A DNA stretch of 64,000 nt, from the NCBI GenBank assembly GCA_036517475.1, contig DATDVZ010000003.1, positions 56-64,055 of the forward strand, written 5' to 3'. Below are positions 48,803 to 58,442 of the stretch, piece by piece (the stretch's first letter is position 1; each line of letters opens with the position of its first letter). The notes beneath the pieces were generated by a model that was not told the DNA's origin, made no database searches, and worked only from the letters and a program-made list of their open reading frames with translations. The position numbers were made by a program, and so were the translations under genes. This stretch comes from Minisyncoccota bacterium (GTDB taxonomy: Bacteria > Patescibacteriota > Minisyncoccia > Phycocordibacterales > Zambryskibacteraceae).

Positions 48803-49408
48803 CTACCTTGACGACAGACTTGCTAATGCTTTTATGGTTGCCTTGGCATTATTGGTCTTGTTTTTTGAACCAGAAAGGATTTTTGCATTGATTCCTGTGA
48901 GACCGGCTAGCTCCAGAATAATCCTTGCGGAGCTGCCAGCAAGAACTCCTCTTCCTAATGCGGGTTTAATATATATTTCTGATGCTCCAAATTTTGCTTC
49001 TGTCTCATGGGGTATGGAATTTTCTTTTGTAAGATTTATCTGAATCATATTCTTTTTGGCGTCTCTGAGCGCCTTTTCAATTGCAAGTGGAGTGTCCCCC
49101 GCTTTACCTTGACCAACTCCAACTGATCCCTTGTGATTTCCTGCGGCCAATGTCACCGAAAAACTGAAGCGTCTTCCACCAGCAACAACTCTTGTTACAC
49201 GTCTAATATCAATGAGTTTGTGATCAAATTCAGGTCTTACTCTTGATTCCTTACGTCGGGAAATTTTTCTGGGATTCTTTTTTCTTTCTGGTCTTTGCGT
49301 TCTTGTAAAATTTTTAGCAGGTTCACTTCTAAGCTGCGGAATATCTAAAACAGGTCCATCTGTTTTTTTTACTTCTTCTGTTACTTTTTGTTCTTCTGTA
49401 TTAATCAT
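48803..49408 (-). CDS. rpsE: 30S ribosomal protein S5
   Basis: IRRVTRVVAGGRRFSF. Confidence 0.96.
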   Translation of the reverse strand: MINTEEQKVTEEVKKTDGPVLDIPQLRSEPAKNFTRTQRPERKKNPRKISRRKESRVRPEFDHKLIDIRRVTRVVAGGRRFSFSVTLAAGNHKGSVGVGQGKAGDTPLAIEKALRDAKKNMIQINLTKENSIPHETEAKFGASEIYIKPALGRGVLAGSSARIILELAGLTGINAKILSGSKNKTNNAKATIKALASLSSR

Positions 49409-49435
49409 TTTACATTTTGCTTTTTAAATTTTGCT

Positions 49436-49789
49436 TTAGAATTTTAGTCCTCCCTCTCTTGCCCCCTCAGCGAATGCCTTGATTTTACCAGTGTAACCGA
49501 ACCCGCCACTGTCAAACACAACTTTTAAAATTTTTTTGCTTTGTGCCAACTCTGCTACATTCTTTCCGAGAGCACTTGCTTTCTCCATATCTGTTTTACC
49601 TTTCAAACCTTTACTTGATTGAAAAACCAGAGTTTTTCCATCAATATCGTCTACCAGCTGGACATAAAGAAATTTATTTGACTTAAAAACAGAGAGTCTC
49701 GGTCTTTCCGGTGTGCCAAAAATTTTAGCCCTTATCTTGCGGTGCCTTCTTTCTCTCTTTGTTATTTTTTTATTTAGTTGCCCCGGCAT
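49436..49789 (-). CDS. rplR: 50S ribosomal protein L18
   Basis: RPRLSVFKSN, AREGGLKF. Confidence 0.96.
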   Translation of the reverse strand: MPGQLNKKITKRERRHRKIRAKIFGTPERPRLSVFKSNKFLYVQLVDDIDGKTLVFQSSKGLKGKTDMEKASALGKNVAELAQSKKILKVVFDSGGFGYTGKIKAFAEGAREGGLKF

Positions 49790-49823
49790 TTAAGTTGGTT
49801 GTGAGTTGTTTTTTGTAAGTTGT

Positions 49824-50351
49824 TTATACCGTCTTCTTCCCCTGCTTAATTTTTATTACTTCATTAAAATACCTTATTCCTTTGCCTTTATAAGGTTCAG
49901 GTTTTTTCAAATCGCGAAGTTCTGCCGCAAAGCTTCCAACTGTTTCTTTATTAACCCCCGAAATACTAATATTGTTTTTTTCAACTGCGACTTTGATGCC
50001 CTGGGGAATATCAATTATTATCGGATGTGAAAAACCTAGAGCAAACTGAAGTTTGTCACTTTTGTTTTCTACCTTATATCCAATGCCTTCAATAATAAGT
50101 TTCTTTTCATATGTAGTATTTACACCCTTTATCATATTAACCAGATGTGATGCATAAGTCCCCCACAAAGAGACCATCTCTTCTCTTTTTGGTTTTATTG
50201 TCAATTTATTTTCGGATAGTTTTATTTCAAAGCCATCTGGAATAATTCTTTCTAATTCACCATGTGGCCCTTTAACTATGATCTTGCCATTCTGAATCTG
50301 TACTTCAGTTTTCTCAGGAATAACTATTTCTTTTTTTCCTATACGTGACAT
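49824..50351 (-). CDS. rplF: 50S ribosomal protein L6
   Basis: MSRIGK, PEPYKGKGIRY. Confidence 0.96.
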   Translation of the reverse strand: MSRIGKKEIVIPEKTEVQIQNGKIIVKGPHGELERIIPDGFEIKLSENKLTIKPKREEMVSLWGTYASHLVNMIKGVNTTYEKKLIIEGIGYKVENKSDKLQFALGFSHPIIIDIPQGIKVAVEKNNISISGVNKETVGSFAAELRDLKKPEPYKGKGIRYFNEVIKIKQGKKTV

Positions 50352-50410
50352 TAGTTAAATTATTCGTAGTGATTCGTATATTCGCATGATTCGTAAATTA
50401 GTATGCATAA

Positions 50411-50797
50411 CTACCATATTTCAAAGAGAGCCTCACCGCCGGTTCTTACTTTTCTTGCTTCTTTCCCAGTCATGATCCCTTTTGGTGTCGATATTACCAA
50501 TACACCGTATCCGCTTTTTACAGGCCTCAAACCTGATGATTTAAAATAAATTCTCCTCGATGGTTTTGAAATTCTTTTTACTCCTTTTATTTTTTTTGAT
50601 TCAGAGTTAAGTTCTACTTCAATTGTTTTAGCTATCTTTTTACCTTTCTTTGAAAAAGATTTAACAAAACCTTCTTTCTGTAAGATTTCACAGATTTTCT
50701 CCTTTAGTTGAGAGTAAGGAAAAGAAACAACTTGCCTGCGAGCTCTATCAGCGTTTTTGAGTCTCACCACCATATCTGAAATTGGATCTGTTACCAT
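50411..50797 (-). CDS. rpsH: 30S ribosomal protein S8
   Basis: [21 protein letters not shown]. Confidence 0.96.
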   Translation of the reverse strand: MVTDPISDMVVRLKNADRARRQVVSFPYSQLKEKICEILQKEGFVKSFSKKGKKIAKTIEVELNSESKKIKGVKRISKPSRRIYFKSSGLRPVKSGYGVLVISTPKGIMTGKEARKVRTGGEALFEIW

Positions 50798-50976
50798 GAT
50801 GATTTTTTTATGCCGGGGATTTTTCCTTCATTTGCCAATTCACGGAAACAAATTCTACAAAGATCAAAATCTCTCAAATATCCTCGTTTACGACCACAAC
50901 GAAAACAGCGCCGTACGATTCTGGTAGAGAATTTGGGCTTTTTAAGCGAACGTGCAATTACAGATTTTTTAGCCAT
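50791..50976 (-). CDS. rpsN: 30S ribosomal protein S14 (Zn-binding type)
   Basis: RCFRCGR...LCRICFRE. Confidence 0.96.
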   Translation of the reverse strand: MAKKSVIARSLKKPKFSTRIVRRCFRCGRKRGYLRDFDLCRICFRELANEGKIPGIKKSSW

Positions 50977-51008
50977 TAGAAATAAAAAACGCCAACAAGC
51001 GTGGGCTA

Positions 51009-51037
51009 CATGCTAGCAATCTGGCCATATATTGTCA
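51009..51037 (-). promoter_or_regulatory. Internal sigma70 promoter for rpsN
   Basis: TTGACA-17-TAGCAT. Confidence 0.6.
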
Positions 51038-51117
51038 AACACTAAACTAATTTTTATCCAATAGACTTTTCTATTTTTAATATTAATATGATACATAGAT
51101 TCTAGGTGGGCAGACAC

Positions 51118-51324
51118 ATGCATAAAATGTATGGAGACCCAAAAGTTCTTCGAGAAAGGGTAAAACACCTGAAATTTCTGGATCCAGTCAAGGATAAAAA
51201 GGAAATTGCCAGACGTGAAGCTGTCATCAAAGCACAAATGGCGCGCTTATTTGAAGCAGCCAGAGAAGCAGAAAGAATCACAGCTGCTGATCTAAATATG
51301 AGATTTGGTTGTTGGGACGATTAA
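51118..51324 (+). CDS. Small hypothetical protein, opposite strand, between rplE and rpsN
   Basis: 68-72 aa ORF filling the gap. Confidence 0.5.
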   Translation: MHKMYGDPKVLRERVKHLKFLDPVKDKKEIARREAVIKAQMARLFEAAREAERITAADLNMRFGCWDD

Positions 51325-51334
51325 TCGTCCTTTT

Positions 51335-51925
51335 TTATTTTTCTTCGGATTTTCTTCTGACTCTTTTCTGTTTCTTCTCTTTTACTTCTTCAGTTTTTCT
51401 AAAAGGAAAATTTATAAATCTTAGGTAGTTCTCTGTCTCTTTTTTATTTTTTGATGTTGTAACAAAAGTTACAGAGATTCCAAACACATCCCTTAAGTCT
51501 TCATCGCTGGTTTCCGGAAAAATAGTATGTTCTCTTATCCCAAGAGTATAATTACCCATTTCATCAATTGAATTTAATGACACCCCTCTGAAGTCTTTCG
51601 TTCGGGGAAGAGCGATATTAAGCAGTCTGTCAATAAAATCATACATGCGTTTACCGCGAAGCGTAACCTGTAGCCCAACTGGATCACCTTCTCTAATTTT
51701 AAAAGCCGCTACTGATTGCTTGGCCCCGCGCACTGAAGGTTTCTGCCCGGTAATTTTCGAAAGTCGATCAATTACAAGATCTATTTTTTTCTTATCTTTA
51801 ATCGAACCAACTCCAGATGATACTATCACCTTTGAAATCCTTGGGGTTTGCATGGGATTTTTATAACCCGATTTCTCCTTGAGGGCTTCGAATGCTTTTT
51901 TCTGTTTTTCTTTTAGACTTTCCAT
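51335..51925 (-). CDS. rplE: 50S ribosomal protein L5
   Basis: ITGQKP, VTLRG, LPRTKDFRG. Confidence 0.96.
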   Translation of the reverse strand: MESLKEKQKKAFEALKEKSGYKNPMQTPRISKVIVSSGVGSIKDKKKIDLVIDRLSKITGQKPSVRGAKQSVAAFKIREGDPVGLQVTLRGKRMYDFIDRLLNIALPRTKDFRGVSLNSIDEMGNYTLGIREHTIFPETSDEDLRDVFGISVTFVTTSKNKKETENYLRFINFPFRKTEEVKEKKQKRVRRKSEEK

Positions 51926-51956
51926 CTTTTTCCTTTTATCTTTTACCTTGTAACTT

Positions 51957-52265
51957 TCAACTTATCGTTGTACCGCTTTTTCTCGCAACCCTTATCTTCT
52001 TTCCTTCACTTACCTCATATCCGATTCTTGTCGGTTTGTTATTCTTTGGATCAATTAACATTGCATTTGAAACGTGAAATGGTGCAGCCATGTCTATTAT
52101 CTGACCTTTTTGATTGCTTTTTGTTGGTCTTTTATGAACCTTTTTAAGGTTAACCCCCGCTACGACAATTCTACTCTCACGAGGAAGAGAGCGAATAATT
52201 TCACCAGTTTTTCCTTTGTCCTTTCCACTTATTATTATGACTTTATCTCCTTTCTTTAATTTCAT
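51957..52265 (-). CDS. rplX: 50S ribosomal protein L24
   Basis: KKGDKV..ISGKDKGK, HVSN. Confidence 0.96.
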   Translation of the reverse strand: MKLKKGDKVIIISGKDKGKTGEIIRSLPRESRIVVAGVNLKKVHKRPTKSNQKGQIIDMAAPFHVSNAMLIDPKNNKPTRIGYEVSEGKKIRVARKSGTTIS

Positions 52266-52277
52266 AATTTTGATTTT

Positions 52278-52649
52278 CTAAACTACCTCCGGTGCCAGAG
52301 AAATTATTGTCTGATAACCCATATCAGAGAGTTCGCGAGGAATAGGCCCAAAGACCCTTCCAGCAAGCGGCTCATGTTTTACTTTATCAATAAGAATTAC
52401 TGCATTATCGTCAAATCTGATATATGATCCGTCAGAGCGTCTATATGGAAATTTTTGTCTCGCTATTACCGCATACAGCACATCTTTCTTTTTAACTGTT
52501 TTCCTCGGTTGAGCAACTTGGACAGAAAGCACAACTATATCTCCAATCTGAGCATACCTCCTCTTTGAACCTCCGAGTACCTTGAAAACCCTTCCGATTT
52601 TTGCGCCGGAATTATCTGTGATTTTAACAATGGAACGCGGTTGTATCAT
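52278..52649 (-). CDS. rplN: 50S ribosomal protein L14
   Basis: DNSGAK, IRFDDNAV, ISLAPEV. Confidence 0.96.
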   Translation of the reverse strand: MIQPRSIVKITDNSGAKIGRVFKVLGGSKRRYAQIGDIVVLSVQVAQPRKTVKKKDVLYAVIARQKFPYRRSDGSYIRFDDNAVILIDKVKHEPLAGRVFGPIPRELSDMGYQTIISLAPEVV

Positions 52650-52764
52650 ATTTAAATAAAAATTTAAAAATCAAAAATCAAAATTACAATGAAAAATTCA
52701 AAAAATTGAATCTAAATACATTTTTACTTTTTGATATATAATTTTGCATTTTAATTTTTGATCT

Positions 52765-53016
52765 TTACATTATTTTGAAGTGTTTATGTCTTGAAATCGG
52801 CCTAGTTTCAATAATTTTTACCTTATCTCCAATGTGAACACTGTTCTCGGGATCGTGAACTTTGTATTTTTTTCTTTTTTTGATGTATTTGCCATATCGG
52901 GGATGTTTAACAAATCTCTCAACTAGAACAACTGCAGTGTCTTTCATTTTGTCAGATACTACGGTTCCGCTTAATATTTTTCCTTTATTGGCTGTTTGTT
53001 GTTGGTCGTTTGTCAT
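52765..53016 (-). CDS. rpsQ: 30S ribosomal protein S17
   Basis: GTVVSDKMKDT, HPRYGK, ETRPISR; start moved to 53016. Confidence 0.95.
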   Translation of the reverse strand: MTNDQQQTANKGKILSGTVVSDKMKDTAVVLVERFVKHPRYGKYIKKRKKYKVHDPENSVHIGDKVKIIETRPISRHKHFKIM

Positions 53017-53020
53017 TTCA

Positions 53021-53203
53021 TTATTTATTTCTTGAGGATAGCTCTGTTTGTATTCTTGCAATTTCTTTTCTTATAGCCCGACCCTCTCTGACATTTCTCA
53101 CTTTACTTCCCGCAATTCCAAATCTGAAAGCTCTTAGTGCTTCCTGTTTTTCGCGCAGGATTTTCATTAAATCATTTTTATTTTTTTCTTTTAAATCCTT
53201 CAT
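53021..53203 (-). CDS. rpmC: 50S ribosomal protein L29
   Basis: IRKEIARIQT; synteny. Confidence 0.93.
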   Translation of the reverse strand: MKDLKEKNKNDLMKILREKQEALRAFRFGIAGSKVRNVREGRAIRKEIARIQTELSSRNK

Positions 53204-53217
53204 GCCTCTAATGTTAT

Positions 53218-53634
53218 CTATCGGGCCACCACTTTTGTTTTTATGGGAAGTTTGGTTCCGGCTTTACGAAGTGATTCCCTGGCAATGCTTTCTTCTACTC
53301 CATCTACCTCAAAAAGAATTCTTCCGGCTTTTACGGGTGCAACATAACCCTGCAAATCACCCTTACCTTTACCAAGTTTGACCTCGGCAGGTTTTGCAGT
53401 ATAAGGCATATCGGGAAAAATGCGAATCCAGGTCTTTCCTGTTTTCCCCAGCAGACGTGAGATCACTTTTCTTGCAGCCTCAATCTGGTTGGATTTTATT
53501 CTGCCGTATTCAAGAGCTTTGAGACCAAATGAACCGAAGCTTACCTCTGTACCACGTGAAGCAACACCAACCTTGTCGGGATGCTTTCTCATCGTGTGCC
53601 ATTTTCGATATTTTACTTTTTTAGGGAATAACAT
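53218..53634 (-). CDS. rplP: 50S ribosomal protein L16
   Basis: QIEAAR, WIRIFPD, GKGKG, KLPIK. Confidence 0.96.
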   Translation of the reverse strand: MLFPKKVKYRKWHTMRKHPDKVGVASRGTEVSFGSFGLKALEYGRIKSNQIEAARKVISRLLGKTGKTWIRIFPDMPYTAKPAEVKLGKGKGDLQGYVAPVKAGRILFEVDGVEESIARESLRKAGTKLPIKTKVVAR

Positions 53635-53678
53635 GGTAGATTTTCTTAACGAACGGTAGTGAGTTTCAGAAAATCACC

Positions 53679-53784
53679 ACCCAGCTCCATTTTTAAAGGT
53701 CGACCAAATCTAAGGCTCCACACCTGTTTTTTAAAATATTTTTTTATTTTTTTATTTATATTATTCATAAAAATGGGGTTGGGT
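53679..53784. repeat. ACCCAGCTCCATTTTT...AAAAATGGGGTTGGGT element between rpsC and rplP
   Basis: Same arms as the pilin-leader palindromes but with a ~75-bp spacer. Confidence 0.65.
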
Positions 53785-53802
53785 TCTCAATAGACATAGT
53801 CG

Positions 53803-54474
53803 TTACGCTCCTTGTCTATTGGAAAATATCTCTCCTCTGTATATCCAAACTTTTATTCCGAGATTGCCGTAAGGAAGTCTAGCCTCATGTCTGGCGAAAT
53901 CAACATCGGCTCTGAAAGTTTGAAGAGGGATCCTGCCGAGTTTGTGAGTCTCCGACCTTGAAATCGTCGCTCCCGCAAGACGCCCAGCAAGAGTCACTTT
54001 TACACCCTTTACATCTCGGTTTGCCATAACTTTTTCAACAATTTGTTTCATAACTCTTCTGTAAGGAAGTCGCTTTTCAAGCCCTTCAGCTATCATTTGG
54101 GCCACAATTGAAGCGTTTGATTCAGGAGATTTAATTTCTTTTATGTCAATCTTTAGATCTACCTTTGATGTCGCGACTCCTTTTTTAATCATTTCTTTTA
54201 CAAGCTCTTCCTTAAGTTTGACTGCACCATCCCCGCTCCTGCCGATTATTATTCCCGGTCGAGAAGTGTCAATTATCACTCTTAAAATTTTTTCATTTCT
54301 TTCAATCTCAACTGAACTTACATACATTCCGCGAAGTTTCTTCTCAAGAAAATTTCTTATAACAAGATCTCCGCGAAGATAATTTTTAAATTTTTCTTTT
54401 GCCCCAAACCATCGAGACTTCCAGTCTCTGATAATTCCTAATCTATGTGAAAATGGGTGAACAGTATGACTCAT
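53803..54474 (-). CDS. rpsC: 30S ribosomal protein S3
   Basis: RPGIIIG, GRLAG, PLQTFRADVD; start moved to ATG 54474. Confidence 0.96.
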   Translation of the reverse strand: MSHTVHPFSHRLGIIRDWKSRWFGAKEKFKNYLRGDLVIRNFLEKKLRGMYVSSVEIERNEKILRVIIDTSRPGIIIGRSGDGAVKLKEELVKEMIKKGVATSKVDLKIDIKEIKSPESNASIVAQMIAEGLEKRLPYRRVMKQIVEKVMANRDVKGVKVTLAGRLAGATISRSETHKLGRIPLQTFRADVDFARHEARLPYGNLGIKVWIYRGEIFSNRQGA

Positions 54475-54490
54475 AAAATTAACCGACAAC

Positions 54491-54889
54491 TTACAACTTA
54501 CCACCAACTACTACTTTTTTATTTAATTTCTTAGTTTTTTTTGTTGTTGGTTGTATGTTGTTGGTTGTTAGTGTTATTGAAATATGGCTTGTTCTTTTTC
54601 TAATCCTTGGCGATCTACCACGTGAAGCATGACCTCTTCGATAAAGAATCTTTCCTCCGTCAACTTTTAATTCTTTAATGATTAAATTCTCTGTTTCAAT
54701 ATTTCTGTTTTTGGCATTTGCTACAGCAGATTTAAGAAGTTTGAAAATTGGGTCTGAAGCTCTTTTTGTTAAAAACTTTAGATTGACTTCCGCGTCTTTC
54801 ACCCTTTTACCTCTTATGGCATCGGCAACAACTCTAACCTTGCGAGGAGATTGCCTATAGTCATTAAGTTTTGCCGTTACTTGTTCCAT
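54491..54889 (-). CDS. rplV: 50S ribosomal protein L22 with repeat-derived tail
   Basis: SPRKVR, SAVANA, KRTSHI. Confidence 0.95.
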   Translation of the reverse strand: MEQVTAKLNDYRQSPRKVRVVADAIRGKRVKDAEVNLKFLTKRASDPIFKLLKSAVANAKNRNIETENLIIKELKVDGGKILYRRGHASRGRSPRIRKRTSHISITLTTNNIQPTTKKTKKLNKKVVVGGKL

Positions 54890-54962
54890 TTCAGTGTTGT
54901 TAGTGGTTGGTTGTTAGTTGCTTGCCCGCCTAAATTTTTATTAAAAATTTTGGGCGGGTGAA

Positions 54963-55322
54963 TTACTTAACCGGTGCCTTATTTTCTCCTGACGTTGCTG
55001 CTGCTTTGGCGGCCTGAGCTGAGGCTATTTCAGCTTCTTTGGCTTTTGTCTCCATTTCTTTCTGCATCTTACCGCCGTGGCGTACAAATTTACGTGTAGA
55101 AGAAAATTCTCCCAACCGATGACCGACCATTTCTTCTGTTACAAATACCTCAATATGATCCTTGCCATTATGAACTCCGAATCGGAAACCCACCATTTCC
55201 GGAGCAATTTGGCTGTCGCGCGCCCATGTCTTAATAACCCCAGTATTTTCTGGTTTTTTGCCCTCAATTTTTTTAAGAAGGCGCTCATAAACATAGGGTC
55301 CTTTCTTGGATGATCTGGTCAT
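54963..55322 (-). CDS. rpsS: 30S ribosomal protein S19
   Basis: [25 protein letters not shown]. Confidence 0.96.
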   Translation of the reverse strand: MTRSSKKGPYVYERLLKKIEGKKPENTGVIKTWARDSQIAPEMVGFRFGVHNGKDHIEVFVTEEMVGHRLGEFSSTRKFVRHGGKMQKEMETKAKEAEIASAQAAKAAATSGENKAPVK

Positions 55323-55450
55323 GATTGATTTTTAACGAGCAAAGCGAGTACAAAAATCATCATCCGCACACCAACTTTAGTCAAAGTTGGTGTGCGGATT
55401 GTGAAAATCATACTCGCTTATGACTCGTTGATTTTCTACAAAGCTTGAAT

Positions 55451-55478
55451 ATACTAGCAAAAACCCCTATCCTGTCAA
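55451..55478 (-). promoter_or_regulatory. Internal sigma70 promoter for rpsS
   Basis: TTGACA-16-TAGTAT. Confidence 0.55.
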
Positions 55479-55601
55479 ACCCTGTAGTAGAAAATGACAT
55501 TGTAAAATATGATTAGAAGTAATTTTTTTTCACTACAGGGTAAACAAAAAGGCTCCGACTTCGCCATCCGCCATTAGGCGGAGCGAAGTCGGAGCCCATA
55601 A

Positions 55602-56240
55602 CTATTTCATGGAAAGAAGCACTTCCAAGGTCTCCCTGGCCACCTCTCTGTTCTCCTCATCCTCTCGAAGCTTCCGCTCCGTTGCCTCAGCAACAATCCA
55701 GCCGTTACGAACCACCAAAGCGTGTAGTGGATCCATGCGGTGAGGCGCCACAAGGTCAATTACAAAGACCAAATTTGGATTCCACCAACCGTGGGCAATC
55801 CATACTTCCTTTGTCGCCAATTCCCTCAAACCCTCTTTTGCAAGATGAGGGATCTCAACAGCTGATTCACCCTCCTCTAGCCGACGATGAGCAAGAACAA
55901 CAATGTTACTTACTGGCTTTCCGGGTTTTCGGCTTATAGTCACGTGAGAATCTGTGAGTCGAAGCCCGTTATTCACAAGCCCAGTTCGCAAAAGCGCAAC
56001 CTGGGCTCTCTTTACATTATTGATTGCTTCGTATCCCCGAATTGCATTGGGGTCAGATGTCTTCATCTGAGCCATGAGTTTTGCAAGTCTATCCTGCTCC
56101 GGCTTACTTTCCACCATCAGCAGACCCGCAGGAATTGCGTCCGGATTAGAAAAGTGAAACCTGACCAACACTACCTTTGCCTCATCGAGACTTAAACCAG
56201 ATTTCCGAGAAGTAGAGTTCGGGGGCGCTGTCATTGTCAT
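55602..56240 (-). CDS. Hypothetical protein inserted in S10 cluster
   Basis: ATG 56240 with AGGAG; own TTGACT promoter; downstream hairpin 55551-55596. Confidence 0.65.
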   Translation of the reverse strand: MTMTAPPNSTSRKSGLSLDEAKVVLVRFHFSNPDAIPAGLLMVESKPEQDRLAKLMAQMKTSDPNAIRGYEAINNVKRAQVALLRTGLVNNGLRLTDSHVTISRKPGKPVSNIVVLAHRRLEEGESAVEIPHLAKEGLRELATKEVWIAHGWWNPNLVFVIDLVAPHRMDPLHALVVRNGWIVAEATERKLREDEENREVARETLEVLLSMK

Positions 56241-56358
56241 CCACTCTCCTGGGTATGGGAATTTTTTCAGGAACAACTGCCTTTAAAGTAGCATTTTTTC
56301 GTATATAAGTCAAGGATAAATTAAAAACCGCGAAAGTTAAGCTTTCGCGGAAACTCCA

Positions 56359-57009
56359 TTACACTTCTTCTATCTCCGACCCCTCTTCCTCAGGAACATC
56401 ATTGTCATCCTGAAGACTCTGAAGTGCCTTGAGGGCATCCCTGGCTTCAGCCATCTCAAGACGCAACTTATATGTCTTGTTGGCTTCTCTGCCGGCCTCG
56501 AGGTTTGCTTCCTCCATGAGTCGGGCGAGTACATTATAAGATTCTACAACCGCCAACATATTACGCTTTAACGGCTCTTCAGCAAACACATCCTGAAATT
56601 TCTGGGACACATCACTTAACCTATCAAACCACTTCTTGTGTGTCCTAGGCGCATAATCTCTCATCCAAACCATAAAGGCATCAAAGTTCGTAATTCGGTT
56701 ACCTAAGAAACTTGTCAGCCTGATCATGTATCTACGCGCCAGCCAAGAGGCAATCATGTTAACGCGCTTGAGACGGGGTAAATCACCCCTACCTTTTGCT
56801 GCTTCAGCTGCGTGTTTTACGGCTTCATCGAGGAAATTCCTAAATGTCAATTCCTCCGAAGTATTGATTCCCTTTGCCCCGTGAACAAGCCTCAGAAGAT
56901 CACGGTTTCTTCTGATAGTTTTACTGATACTTTGAAGCTCAACCAGAGCCTCAGCGACAGGCGAAGATGGCTTCGGCCGATTTTGAGTCCCCATCATTTT
57001 TTTCCTCAT
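56359..57009 (-). CDS. Hypothetical helical protein inserted in S10 cluster
   Basis: 216-aa ORF; downstream hairpin CCGCGAAAG..CTTTCGCGG. Confidence 0.65.
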   Translation of the reverse strand: MRKKMMGTQNRPKPSSPVAEALVELQSISKTIRRNRDLLRLVHGAKGINTSEELTFRNFLDEAVKHAAEAAKGRGDLPRLKRVNMIASWLARRYMIRLTSFLGNRITNFDAFMVWMRDYAPRTHKKWFDRLSDVSQKFQDVFAEEPLKRNMLAVVESYNVLARLMEEANLEAGREANKTYKLRLEMAEARDALKALQSLQDDNDVPEEEGSEIEEV

Positions 57010-57085
57010 GGTAGGACGTTTATAGTATCAGATTCAGATAAAGAACAGCCGGCAAAAGAATACCACACTAATTTTTTTTATCAAG

Positions 57086-57928
57086 CTAGCGTTGTTTCCC
57101 AACTTTTCGTCTGCTTACAATAAATTTGTTTGAGTATTTTTTAACCCTTCTAGATTTCTGGCCTTTTCCGGTTGGTTTGCCATAAATTGAAATTGCTCTC
57201 CTTCTTCCGCGTCCTGCTCTACCTTCGCCACCGCCGTGAACATGATCAACTGGATTCATGGCAGTACCACGTACGGTCGGTCTTATTCCCAGCCAACGGG
57301 AGCGTCCTGCTTTTCCCAGATTAATAAGACGCTGTTCTTCATTACTAACTTGCCCAATAGTTGCCCAGCAATTTTCAAGTACTTTTCTTATTTCAGAGGA
57401 GGGCATTTTTAAATCAACATATCCAGCATCTCTTGCAACCACTTCGATATAGTTCCCCGCAGATCTTCCAAACTTGCTTCCTCCATAAGGTTTAACTTCG
57501 ACATTGTATACAAAACTTCCAATATTAATATTTTTCAGAGGCAGTCTGTTCCCGGGAGTTTGTGGCGCACTAACTGAAGTCAGATATTCATTGCCAATTA
57601 TTGCGCCTTTTGACAAAAGAACATATCGTTTTTCTCCGTCTTTATACTGAGCTAATCCTATAAAACCTGTGCGGTTTGGATCATATTCGATGCTTTTAAT
57701 GATATAAGGAATATCAAACTTGTTATATTTAAAATCAATATCTCTAAAAAGCCTTTTAACCCCTCCTCCCTTATGCCTCATGGTGATTCTTCCCTGTGAA
57801 TTTCTTCCAGAACCCCTCTTGAATCCGCTTGTCAGTGATTTCTGCGGACTTTGAGTAGTCAAAATGCTTCGGTAGTCAATGCCAGTCATCTGCCTTCTTG
57901 ATTTAGTTGTTGGTTTATATTGTTTCAT
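57086..57928 (-). CDS. rplB: 50S ribosomal protein L2
   Basis: IEYDPNR, GKAGRSRW, MNPVDH.HGGGEG. Confidence 0.97.
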   Translation of the reverse strand: MKQYKPTTKSRRQMTGIDYRSILTTQSPQKSLTSGFKRGSGRNSQGRITMRHKGGGVKRLFRDIDFKYNKFDIPYIIKSIEYDPNRTGFIGLAQYKDGEKRYVLLSKGAIIGNEYLTSVSAPQTPGNRLPLKNINIGSFVYNVEVKPYGGSKFGRSAGNYIEVVARDAGYVDLKMPSSEIRKVLENCWATIGQVSNEEQRLINLGKAGRSRWLGIRPTVRGTAMNPVDHVHGGGEGRAGRGRRRAISIYGKPTGKGQKSRRVKKYSNKFIVSRRKVGKQR

Positions 57929-58040
57929 ATCAAAATTTAAAAATTAAAAGTCAAAATTACAAAGCAAAGTGAAAAATATGATTCCCGTTAATCAATTTCA
58001 TAATATTTAATGTACAATTTTGCATTTTGATTTTTAATAT

Positions 58041-58427
58041 TTAAATTACTTCTATCTTATCTCCCTCTTTCAAATATACATAAACTTTTTTTCCAGGACC
58101 TCTTTTCCCCGATTTCCCTTTGACAAAAAATCTTTTCTCAGGAATTTTGACAGATGCGATTTTTATTGGGTTTACTTTATACAAATCATAAATGGCTTTT
58201 TTAACCTGAGTTTTGGCTGTAGATTTGGACACTTCAAAAATGTAAACATTTTTTGCAGATAGACCGGTAGCTTTCTCAGTGACTCTTGGTTTAATCAAAA
58301 CAATTGAATTAACAGTTGCCCCAAGCCCAACTAATTTAGAATCGTCGGCTTTTTTTTCCTTAGGAGAAATCGTCTCCGCATTCATCGTTGTCTCATTCTT
58401 TTTTTCTTTTTTTCTAAATATGGCCAT
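58041..58427 (-). CDS. rplW: 50S ribosomal protein L23 (N-terminally extended)
   Basis: KPRVTEKA, KKVYVYL. Confidence 0.92.
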   Translation of the reverse strand: MAIFRKKEKKNETTMNAETISPKEKKADDSKLVGLGATVNSIVLIKPRVTEKATGLSAKNVYIFEVSKSTAKTQVKKAIYDLYKVNPIKIASVKIPEKRFFVKGKSGKRGPGKKVYVYLKEGDKIEVI

Positions 58428-58442
58428 GAATTAACTTATGAC

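Noticed and set aside
52655-52765. AT-rich heptamer arms (also about 7000, 17770-17860, 43765 and 57930-58040) as specific regulatory sites
   Set aside because: The periodic inverted repeats are real but too low in complexity to assign boundaries or function by eye; probably akin to the heptamer hairpins reported above.
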